From Mobula hypostoma (Eukaryota): a stretch of DNA of 64,000 bases. Made by a program: the position numbers and the translations under genes. Location: the NCBI RefSeq assembly GCF_963921235.1, contig NC_086108.1:45200001-45264000 (forward strand), written 5' to 3'. The notes beneath the pieces are model-generated. The model was not told where the DNA came from and ran no database searches. It worked only from the letters and a program-made list of their open reading frames with translations. Position 1 is the first letter of the stretch. The number at the start of each line of letters is the position of its first letter. Of this stretch, positions 1 to 11,395 are shown one piece after another.

Positions 1-170
1 TCTCTCTCTCTCTCTCTCTCTCTCTCCCTCTCCCACTTCCCTCTCCCTCTCCCTCTCTCCCTCTCCCACTTCCCTCTCCCTCTCCCCCTCTCCCTCTCCC
101 ACTTCCCTCTCCCTCTCCCACTCTCCCTCTCCCACTTCCCTCTCCCTCTCCCTCTCTCCCTCTCCCACTT

Positions 171-205
<35 letters not shown>

Positions 206-355
206 TCTCCCTCTCCCACTTCCCTCTCCCTCTCCCTCTCTCCCTCTCCCACTTCCCTCTCCCTCTCCCTCTCTCCCTCTCCCACTTCCTTCTCTCTCTC
301 TCTCTCTCTCCCTCTCCCTCTCTCCCTCTCCCACTTCCCTCTCTCTCTCCCACTT

Positions 356-429
<74 letters not shown>

Positions 430-430
430 A
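1..430. repeat. (TC)n / (CTCTCC, CTCCCACTTCC)n polypyrimidine compound microsatellite
   Basis: Directly visible. It grades into TCTA units at ~417-430. Confidence 0.95.
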
Positions 431-897
431 TCCATCCCATAGGATGATGATGGTTCCTTTCATTCCTTTCAGTCAGTTAGTGGGGTTGACCCCACTCCTC
501 AGAAAGGAACAGCGTGTGCGTGAGTGGATTTTAGGTGAGTAGGGGGTTGCACAGGTCCAGACCCACCCTCTCGACATCCCCTCCCGGATCCAGCAGCATG
601 GTGGGGTTCAAGACGGCTGGGGGATGTTTTGTTGCAGTGAATGGCTAGACCAAGCTTCGATGCAAGGGATGCCCTTTCCGCGCTTCACGGCACGTGTTTG
701 CTAGATGGCCATTGACCCTCCGAGAGGGTTCATCCGCCCGTTGACAGGTCTTGTTTCTCGTCCTGCAGGGTGTCTAGCCACCCTCCTCACCAGGCAAGCC
801 TGGTGGGGGAGTCGGTTTAGTCACCGACCACCCGACCATGCGACAGGTAGTACTAGGTTACATGGTACCAGTAGCACTCAGACCAGTGACCTGACCT
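431..897 (-). mobile_element. Probable non-autonomous retroelement (RTE-derived or SINE-like) whose 3' tail is the (GA)n microsatellite
   Basis: GC-rich island with several hairpins and no credible ORF. On the minus strand it runs directly into GATA/GA repeats. The family assignment is inference. Confidence 0.45.
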
Positions 898-1244
898 AAC
901 CTTATTCACTTGGGGTCAACATGTCCGCATGTACAGAGGCTATTGAACACTGACCAAGTAGAAATCTGAACTGATTATATTCCTTCTTACCATGTTCATT
1001 GTGACTGACTGATCATTATATATCGTATGCTTATTGGAGTGATTATTAGCCCTAAATTATTCCTTGGGTAATTTACTGTCAGCTCACCATATCCCACATA
1101 TGTCCCACCTACAGCTTCCCAATATCCTTTCGTGCTTCCAGCTTTCCTATCTCATTGCCGTCTTGCTTTGATCCTCCATGCATTTCACAGCTAATTTTGC
1201 ATTATTCCATCGCACTGCCAACTTGTCAATATCCTCCATATACA

Positions 1245-1860
1245 AGTTCAGAGTAACTTTATTATCAGAGTAAGTATTTGTCACCATGCATTAACTACCT
1301 TGAGATTCATTTTCTTACAGAAAAATAAACAAACACAGTAGAATTTATGAAAACCAATAAATAACAAAGAATGACAAAATCAATGTGCAAAGGAGGACAA
1401 ATTGAGCAAATAATAAAAAATAAGTGAATAAATAATGCTGAGTTGTAAAGTCCTTGAATGTGAGTCTATGAATTGTGGAGTCAGTTTAGTGTTGAGGTGG
1501 GTGCAGTTCTCCTTGTTGGTTCAGGAGCCTGATGATTGTAGGATAATAACTGTTCCTGAACCTATTGATGTGGGACCCACGGCTCTTGTACCTTCTGCTC
1601 GATGGTGGTAGTACGGAGAGAAGAGAGCATGGTCTGGATGGTGGATTCCTTGATGATGGATGCTGCTTTCTTGTGGCAGCGCTCCTGGTAACTGTGCTCA
1701 GTGATGGGGAGGGCTTTGCCTGTGATGGGCTGGATTGTATCCACCACTCTTTGTAGATGTTCCTGTTCGTGGGTCTTGGTGTTTTCATATCAGGCCATGA
1801 TGCAGCCAGTCAGAATATCCTCCACTATTCATCTATAGAAGTTTGTCAAAGTTTTATGTG
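1245..1860 (-). mobile_element. Rex1/Babar-type LINE 3' fragment
   Basis: Minus-strand peptide remnants (ITGKALPITEH, KKAASIIKE, LPPSSRRYKS, RFRNSYYPTIIRLLN) match the C-terminus of the longer Rex1-type copy at 32.3-34.3 kb. Confidence 0.7.
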
Positions 1861-4259
1861 ATTTATATGGCTATTAGTTAAGTTTTATTCTGTTCTACTG
1901 ACATTTGTCTTTATCCTTTATGCATATCATTGTCAGCTCACCATAATTTTCTATACTACAACTTTATGCTCAGCTTTAACCTCTATCTGACTACCACTTG
2001 CTATATCCCCCTGTATATCTTAGTGTCACCTCACCATTATTCTCCCACTATATTACCAACAGCTCTGCTTTCTCCTGCATCACAATCAGATCACCTTTAT
2101 TCTTTACATAAATCACTTGGTTCACCGTTGTTCCCTGTCTCACTGCCAATCTGCCATTATCCTCCATTACATCAATGCCAGCTCAGCATTATCTTCTGTC
2201 GCACTGCCAATTCACCATTATCCGTATATATTACTGCCAGGTCTTTGTAATCCTCTGTGTAACTCTCTGGGATCTCTTTTATTCCCAGAGCAATTAATTG
2301 CTAGCCCTTCATTCCGTTCTGTTTACCTCACTGCCAGCTCCATTTTACCCTCAATATGGATCATTGTCAGGCTTACATTCTGTATGTGACTAATTCCTGC
2401 ACCTATAAAGGGAGATATTCCTGGGTCTGCAGCTTCCAGCCTTGAAAGCCAAGATGCAGTGAATTTCAGAAAAAATAACTGTAATTCACAGTGCACACCT
2501 ATAAAAGAACCCGTGCAATTTTCTTCCATTTATTTCAGTGGAGGATAATTACGTAGGTTCCTCTCCAGGCATGTGTTTTGCTGCTGACTTGGGAAACTTC
2601 CCTTATAGTATCCTCTTTGTTCCTTTTTAGTAAATCACTGCCATCTGTTCATATCTTAAGCGCTCCGCACTGACAACACCGCTTGATGAATTAGGTTACT
2701 GTAACGTACCTACTATGTAATTTATTGTTGGTCCTGCTATATTCTGTATGCTTCTTGAAGATTACTATATTGCACACAGTCTCTGCCAGGTTTCTGTTTT
2801 ATTCCACATAACATCTAGACATTTAAGGACATGATCCTGCAGCCAGCATTGTAATATCACAAATTATTCTGTCTTATTAATTCTGTATTGCTTCTTATGT
2901 AACTCAATGACAGCTGTATCGATTACTCAGTATACTAGCTCTATCACCGGTCACTTCTATTCTCCTGTCTTCATTAGCCACAAATAAGGTGTCAGAAGAC
3001 TGGAGGATAACCGATGTTGTCAACTCTTTATTAATGTGTTTTATGATAGACAGCTTAAAAATGGATTAAAAGATCAATTAACTGGATAAAGCGATGCTAT
3101 TATTTGGGATTGTATATACATTTGTAAAATGATAGAATTCAATCCTGGACAAATCAATGTGGAAAAGAATGGTTTGGTTTCTTGCCTTGCTACTAATTCA
3201 TTAATTATAATGAGATTTTCAACTTGCACATCACCATTAATCTAGAAGAGAGAAAAGGGAATGATTTATCAAAACTGTGTTAGATGTAATTCATGAAATG
3301 GTGCTAAAAAGATGGGTTTGAAGGAAGGAAGGAAATGAGACTTAGAATAGGGATCCTGAAGCATTAGACTCAAGCAGCTGAAGGAGTCAAAATTCATCTT
3401 CAGCTGTTCACATTATCCTCATTGTTGGCTGAACTCCCCATCTAAAGATCAGACTCGTTGACTACTAACTGCCCCATTAAACTGCAAAGATGGGATGGAG
3501 TTGATTCAGAAACCAGAGCTTGTTGAATTGTAGAGTTGAAGTAGTTGACTGAAATGGAGAAGGGAAAGGCCATAGAATGATTTCAACACAGGGATGAGCA
3601 TAATAAAATGAGTTGATGGATTAGAAGCCAAGTAGCTCATTGTGTGGAAGTGTGGTGAACCCTTTATCGAGTCGCAGAATTTGATAAAAGCTGAAATTCA
3701 TGGGTGATGGAGCACTATAGGTCACCTAGGAGGGCGTTGAAATTATTGAGCTGGAGGTGACAACTCAGAACTAGGGCTTGATCATGTTAATTTTATCTGA
3801 AATTAAAAAACAATACATCAAACACACATGCATTCACCAATGAAAGCTGATGTATGATTGAACAAATGCAGAAGATGTCAGAAACACTCGTAGGTCAGCT
3901 AGCATCCATGGAGAAAGGAGCAGTTACTGCTTCATCAAAAAAGAGGGGGGGAGAGAGAGAGCACGCAGGAGAGAGAGCAAGAGAGTGCGCGGGAGACTGG
4001 GGGGGGGCGGAGAGAGAGAGAGCAAGAGAGAGAGAGAGAGTGAGACACTTCCCTCACAATGATGGTTTTATCCTGTGGCATCATGTGAATCTTATTGTGA
4101 CAAAATACAAAATGGACTATTGAACATGCCAGTGGACATTGTTAGATAACAGTGAATCTACATGGAGAATGATGGACTGAAGTTCATAATGAAAATAGAC
4201 TGCTAGGAATGTTTTCCAATGGAATTACAGTTTACACTTCATTGCTTAATTTTATGAAC

Positions 4260-4650
4260 TGATTAATGAGGAAGAGGTGTTAGCTGTCATGGAATGCATA
4301 AGAGTTGATGAAACGACAGGGCCAGACAAGATCTATCCATGGAGAGAGAGGTGTTTGTCAGGTTTCACTGGGAAGCAAGGGAGGACACAGTTAGACCCTG
4401 ATAGAGATTTCTGTATCTCATTGACCACAGATTAAAGTGCTAGAAGACTGGAAGATAACTTATGTTGTTACTTTCTTTAAGAAGGGCAGCAGGGATAAGC
4501 CAGGTAACTATAGGACAGCAAGCCTTATGTCACTAGTAGAGAAATTATTGGAGATAATTCCAAGGGATAGAATTTATGTACATTTGGAAAGGCAAGGGTT
4601 AACCAGGGGTAGTTAGCATGACTTTGTGTGGGGCAAGTCCAGTCTCATTA
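4260..4650 (+). mobile_element. Degraded CR1 ORF2 fragment
   Basis: Resembles the GPDKIYP...EDWK.....FKKG.RDKPGNYR..SL.S region of the CR1 copy at 45360-45815. Confidence 0.65.
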
Positions 4651-5349
4651 ATAAAGGGCACAAGACTTTGCAATGGAGGGAAGTTCAGAAATGAGGAAAA
4701 GAGGATTTCGGAGACAATAAACGTAATCTTGAAAATGTTTGCAAAGTGCTGAAGGGTCCTGAACACAGTAGCTGTAAATATTGATCAGATTTAATGTTAT
4801 TGAAATCTAAGAGTTATTGAGGGAAAAATAAACATTTGGTATGATGCTGAAAATGGCTTCTAGAAACTAAAGGTAGGAATTCATGCTGTTGAGTCTTTGT
4901 AAATCGTTAATTTTAGCACTTGTGAATGAATTGTATAGTTCCTGTTATTTGGTAGATTCTGTCTTCATAAATGCCAAAGTAAATAGCTCAAACATCCTGG
5001 TGGTGTTGCCAGCAGCCAATCTTTAAGTCATTAAGTAGAACTCTAGATTGTACATGTTAATAAGTTTGACTTCCCACTGGGTTGTGATTTAAATTTTCTC
5101 TGAAATTTCCTAGTTGGCTCAAATTGGGGAACGAGATGTGATTTTAGGAACATTTTGGATGTCCTAAGTGTATTGTTGGATATATGTGCAAGCTTTATTT
5201 TATTAAATGAAAAATGTACTTGTAAATCTAAGCTGTCATATAGTAAACTTGGAATTATATTTTGGACAAATCAACTGCATAGTTCACTGTGTGAAGAGTT
5301 GTATCTACATTTATGATTTCTATTTTGCCATATTACTAATTATAAAAAT

Positions 5350-5970
5350 AAAAAGTCTTGGTAAAATTGGTTTATTATTGTCACATGTACTGAAGTACAG
5401 TGAAAAACATGTCATGCATACTGTCCACACAGATCAATTCATTCCAACAGTGCGCTGAGGTAGTACAAGGTAAAGCAATAACAGTCTGCAGAATGAAGTG
5501 CAACTGTACAGGAGAAAGTGCAGTACAAGTAGATAGTACAGTACAAGGTCACAACAAGTAAACTGTGAGGTTAAGGTCCATCTTATTGTACCAGGGGACC
5601 ACTCAGTAACCTTATAATAATGAGACAGAAGCTGTCCTTGAGCCTAGTGGTATGTATTTTGTTGCTTTTGTATCTTCTGTCTGATGGGGGGAGGAGAAGA
5701 GTGAGTAGCCAGGTTGAGTGCGATCTTTGATTCTGCCGGCTGATTTACCCAGGCAGCAAAAGTGCAGACAGAGGCCATGAGAGGGGAGGCTGGTTACTGT
5801 GATGTGCTGACCTCTGTTCACTACTCCCTGCGGTTTCTTGGTGTCATGGGAGGAGCAGTTTCCATACCATGCCATATGCATCTGGACTGGATTCTTTCTA
5901 TGGTGCATTGATAAAAATTGGTGAGGGTCAAAGGGGCCATGTCATATTTCTTCAGTGTCCTGAAGAAACT
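5350..5970 (-). mobile_element. Rex1/Babar-type LINE 3' fragment
   Basis: Peptide remnants AWYGNCS and QHITVTSLP, followed by a 3' UTR carrying AATAAA on the minus strand. Confidence 0.65.
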
Positions 5971-7482
5971 TGCTAGCTTAATGGCTTCAGATAACATTCA
6001 AATTAAATTGCAATAACGCAATTCATGTATTACTGATGAAAGACAAAATTGCAGAATTGGATTTCCTGTCCATATATCTTTGTCAAGTATAGTATACTCT
6101 TACATTATGGCAGTTTGGGTGCAGAAATTTGCCCTTTTGGAATTAATAAATCATTACCAACAATTTTTGAGATACAACATTCTCTCTGATGGAATTTATA
6201 TTGGAAAATATAACGGAATAAATACAAAATGTGAAGGAATCAATACATTTTGTCAATTTTTTTTGTCAAGAGATCTTGTTAGGGAAAATTTTGAAAAATG
6301 CACCAGCCTGTAATGTGGGTCTGTACTTAGGTCCAGAATGTGAAACACATATAAAACTATTTAAATTTATGGATAATGTGGCCTTTGAAATTCAAAATCT
6401 GTACAACTTCAGATAGGAAGATTAATAATCTGAATACTGTATACTCAATGATGTCTTCATCATTCTCTCTCAGAATTTCCTTATAATGTGAGGAGTCAGT
6501 TAAGGTATACTTCAGTGGTATCATGAAAGGCATAGTCACTATGGCCCAAAGAAAATCCCCATATCTTCAAAGATCTTTCTCACCATGGCTCCCTGTAAGC
6601 CAATACGTTTCTCTCTCTAGCCCCATTTTGTTTTGCAGAGCAATGAGCTATCTACACCTGCCTCTTTTAATATTAAGTTTTGCTGCTGCCCAGACATTTA
6701 TTCAGCTCCTTTTCCATCCCAGAGCCTGCCTTGTGTACTTCCCGTGAGTGTCATTGACAAATACCTGGCGAAAGGCCAGCAGTTCATCCTCTTGGCCTTA
6801 GGAAGGTTGTGGTCTAGAGAGACTGAAAGAGCCAGAGAGAAAATAGATTTTTAATTCCTGAAAAAAATAACTGCCAAATAATACATTACTCCTGTATACA
6901 GGGAAGAATTGAATTACTTATAATTGCAATAGCATTCTCTGCAGAACCCAGCCTTTTCTGTTTTACACTCTCAATACTTAGTCAATTCAAGAAAAATATA
7001 ACTGTTACAGCCAGACTTCTCTCATGTTTCAAGTATTGTTGGAGCAAATTCAGCAATTTCTTCCGAAGTATTTTTATCTCATTCTGTAACACCTAATACC
7101 CAGTAACAGAAACAGCTTGTGGACCATGTAATAAATAGCCATCTTGGCCTCAATCTGTGCACATCTGAACTTTTTTAAAACAACAGGCCTCTGCCCTCTC
7201 TTTTATGAAACATCTCATTTTATCCTTGCACAACAAAATGGTAACTAAATAATTAGAATTCTTAATATCAAACTTCCTTTCAAAAGAGAAATTGACTTAA
7301 AAATACTATTAAGAACCAGAGAATCAAGCAATAAGAGAAGAAATCTGCATTTTTATAGTATCTTTCACAATAGTGAGATAATTTAATATATTTGCATCTT
7401 CTGAAGTCTCAGTTTTGGAGTGTTGTCTCTTTCTTAGGCTGCCCCTAGGAACTGAGAGTGGCTTCCTTCTACTTTGAACAGA

Positions 7483-9665
7483 GATTCATAGAGTCATAGA
7501 ACACCACAGCATGGAAGCAGGCCATTCAGCCTGTCTAATCTGTGCTGAACCATTAATCCTCCTAGTCCCATTGACCTGCACCAGGACCATAGCCCTCCAT
7601 GCGCCTTGCATCCATGTATCTATCCAAATTTCTTTTAAATGTTGAAGTCAAACCCACATCTACTACTTTTACTGGAAGCTCTTTCCACACTCTCACCTGT
7701 CTCTGAGTGAAGAAGTTTCACCTCAGGTTCTCGTTAAACATTTTACCTTTCATCTTTAAACTATGACCTCGAGTTGTAGTCTCATTCCACCTCAGTGGAA
7801 AATGTCTGCTTGCGTTTCTCCTATCTATACCCTTCATAATTTTTGCAGCTCAGTCTTCTACACTCCAGGGAATGAAGTCCAAACCTACTCAACCTTTTCC
7901 TATAACTCAGTCCTCAAGTCCTGGCAACATCCTTGTAAATTTTCTGTGCACTCTTTCAATCTTATTTACATCTTTCCAGTTGGTAGGTGACCAAAACTGC
8001 ATAGAATACTCCAAATTAGGCCCCATCAATACCTTATACAATTTCAACATAACATCCCAACTCCCTGTACTCTTAACATTGATTTATTAAGGACAATGTA
8101 CCAAAAACTTTCTTTAAGACCCTATTTACCTGTGATGCCATTTTTAAAGAATTGTAGGTCTATATTCACAGATCCCTCAGTTCTACTGCACTGCACAGTG
8201 CCCTACCTTTTACCGTATAAGACCTACCCTGGTTGGTCCTCCCACAGTGCAACACTTCACACTTGTCCGCATTAAATTCCTTCTGCATTTTTCAAGCTGG
8301 ACTGGAGCCCATTCCGAGCTTTAACAATCTTTCTCGCTGTCCACTAACCCCCTCCCCCCAATTTTGGTGTCATTCGCAAATAAACTGATCCAGATTACCA
8401 CATTATTAACCAGATCATTGATATAGATGACAAAAAAACAACAATCCCAGCATCGATCCCTTTGGTACTCCACTAATCACAGGCCACCAGTCAGAGAGGC
8501 AACCGTCTATAACGTTGCTCTGGTTTCTAATGTGAAGCCAATGTCTAATCCATTTTACTACCTCATCTTGAATGCCATGCAACTGAACCTTCTTGACCAA
8601 CCTCCTATGCATGACCTGGTCAGGGGCCTTGCTAAAGTTCATGTTGATGAAGGCAAGGCAGTGGATAGTCATACTTTATTAAGTATGGGATCAATAAAGT
8701 ATGACTATCCACTGCCTTGCCTTCATCAACTCCATAAGATCGATTAGACACAACTAACCATGCAAAAAGCCATGTCGATATTCCCTAATCAGTTCCTGTC
8801 TGTCCAAATGCTTATATATCCGGTCCCTTAGAATACCTCCCAGTTACATTTCCACTACTGATGTCAGGCTCACCGGCCTATAATTTCCCTGCTTATTCTT
8901 AGAGCCTTTCTTAAACAACAGAAGAACATTAGCTATTCTCCATCACATCATCCTCGGATAAGGATGTGTTAAATATCTCTGCAAGGGCCCCTGCAATTTC
9001 TACACTAGCCTCCCACAGGGTCCACACTTTGTTTGTTCTTAGAGATTTATTTTTCACTCTTAATTTGTCTCAAGACAGCAAACACCTCCTCCCCTATAAT
9101 CTGTATAGGGTCCATAACCTTGCTTCTGCATTTCCTCATATGTATTGACTTTGTATCCATTTCCCAAGTAAATGCAGATGCAAAAAATCTATTTACGATC
9201 TCCCCCATCTCTTTTGGCTCCATGCATAGACTATCACTCTGATCTTCCAGAGGTCCAATTTCATCTCTTGCTATCGTTTTGTTCTGTAGAGACCCTTGGG
9301 ATTTCCCTTTGCCTTGTCTGCGAAAACAAACTCATGTCTTCTTATAGCTGTACTAATTTCCTTCTTAAGTGTTCTCTTGCATTTGTTATACTCCTCAAGT
9401 ACCTCATTTGTTCCTGCCTACACCTGCTGTGCAATTTTTTAACCAGGCTCTCAATATCTCTTGAAAACATAGGCTCTCTGAACCTCTTACCTTTGCCTTT
9501 TATTCTGACAGAAAAATACAAAGTCTGTACTCTCAAAATATCACTTTTGAAGGCCTTCCACTTACCAAGTACAACTTTGCCAGAAAACAACGTATCCTAA
9601 TCCACACTTGCCAGATCCTTTCTGATATCATCAAAATGGCTTTTCTTCAATTAGAGTTTCAACCC
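7483..9665 (-). mobile_element. CR1 LINE, 5'-truncated and internally deleted
   Basis: Remnants NFSKAPDQVMHRRLVKKV..HGIQ, SGVPKGSMLG and LFSGKVVLGKWKAFK. The 3' end lies near 7483. Colinear with the CR1 at 44.2-48.6 kb. Confidence 0.85.
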
Positions 9666-9669
9666 GAGG

Positions 9670-10607
9670 ACAAAACCTCCAATACGAATCATCACCTAGC
9701 AACTTCGGTGATACGGTGTACGTGTCTGAAAGTCAACAACTTGGAGCTTAGTGCTACCAAGACAACATTACTTCCAGGACAACCCCCTACCTACTGTCTC
9801 CCCTTGGAAATTAATGGTCAGGCTGGGTCTGTGGTTGAGTCATTCAAATGCCTGGCGATTATCTTTACCATATATTGAAATAGGACAAGCACATTATATT
9901 CATCACTAGAAAAGCCCAACAGAGATTATCGTTCCTACGCCAGCTTAGAAAACTTAACATCTCAGGGCATATCCTGATGAATTTTTACACGGCCATCATT
10001 GAGAGGGTTATGACCACTTCTATCACAGTTTGGTTTTTCACGTCACCTCCCTCTCCAAGTCCACATTGCAGTGAGTGGTCCACTCAGCGGAGAAGATAAT
10101 TGGCTGTCAGCTACCAATATTAAAAGATGTGTTCAATGCCAGACTGAAGAGAAGGGTTTTCTTCCCTACCACCCTCCCTAGGTCACCTATTCACCAAATT
10201 GCCATCAGGAGGAAGCTGCAAGTCCATCACCACCAGGACTACGCATTATCTCCAAAGCTTCTTTCCTGTAGCTATCCAACTTCTGAAAAAAGCTCACTCA
10301 GGTGTAATGCCCTAATTGTTGAGCACGTCATCTGTTAAACAGTTTTCTTGCTCCCCTTATTCTGATGATAATTATTTAATCTGTTTATTTGTTCACATTT
10401 ACTTAAGTTCGATTATTGACATTTGTGCATGTGACCATTCTGCTAATTGCTGATTTCTCATGGCTCTTTGCATTATTGTCTTCTAACTTGTTGGTTCCTA
10501 TTGTGTTCTGTGTTATGGTATCGTCCTGTGTCTTATGCTTGGCACTGAACCACAATCAATTCTGGTATAGTTTACATATTAACAATAAAGTGATTCTAAT
10601 TCTGATT
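9670..10607 (+). mobile_element. Rex1/Babar-type LINE 3' fragment
   Basis: KAQQRLSFLRQLRKL motif at ~9912. It ends in AATAAAGTGATTCTAATTCTGATT. Confidence 0.65.
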
Positions 10608-10989
10608 AAGAAAGAATTAGGCTTGCCTGGCATCTTTCCCCTCAAGCCAAGTAACCACTGGTTAAACCTGAACACCACTTCCAGGGAAGCTCTAAAAGGT
10701 GGCTGCCAGTTTTGGAATCATAAATTAATTTAATGAATAAAAGTAATTGCAAGCTGAACAATAAGTGGGATGACTGTTTTTTATTGCACTAGCCTTTCTT
10801 GTTCTCTTAAGGTAACCTCATAACATTTTTGTTTTGTGAAAAGAAATTTTTGAAGAGTTGCCTGTGTACTTAGAGCTCAGTTTTAAAGTGGTAGAGACTG
10901 CAGGCTCACATAGTTCGAGAAGGGTTCAACGTTACTGGAATGTTTATCATATCATGATGTCTGGAATCAAATACATTCATTTCTTGTCA

Positions 10990-11395
10990 TCAGAATCAGA
11001 ATGAGGTTTATTACCACTGACATATGACGTGAAATTTGTTCTTTTGTGACAGCGGTACAGCTCAATGCATTAAAAAATTATTAGAAATTGCAATAAGAAA
11101 TATATAAAAATAAACAAAGGGAACTAGAAGTGAGGTAGTGTTCATGGATTCATGGTCCTTTCAAAAATCTGATGGCAAAGTGTTGTGACTTCAGGCTCCT
11201 GTACCTCCTCCTTGATGCTAGCAATAAGGAGAGGGCATATCCTATGATGGCAAGGGTCCTTCATGATGGATGCTGCCTTCTTGAGCCATCGCCTTTTGAG
11301 GATGACATTGATGGTGGGAAGGCTAGTGCCCACGATGGAGCTAGCAAAATTTACAACTTCCTGCAGCTTTATTCAGTCCTGTGCATTGGTGCCTT
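10990..11395 (-). mobile_element. Rex1/Babar-type LINE 3' fragment
   Basis: MGTSLPTI...KKAASIMKDPCH remnant, with a (TCTGAT)-type tail at ~10990. Confidence 0.65.

Noticed and set aside
2141..2260. CRISPR-like repeat array
   Set aside because: The repeats are degenerate and tandem with no unique spacers. The context is vertebrate and has no cas genes.
3854..4123. 89-aa ORF with ERERAR repeats
   Set aside because: It is a translation of a (GA)n microsatellite plus a repeat remnant.
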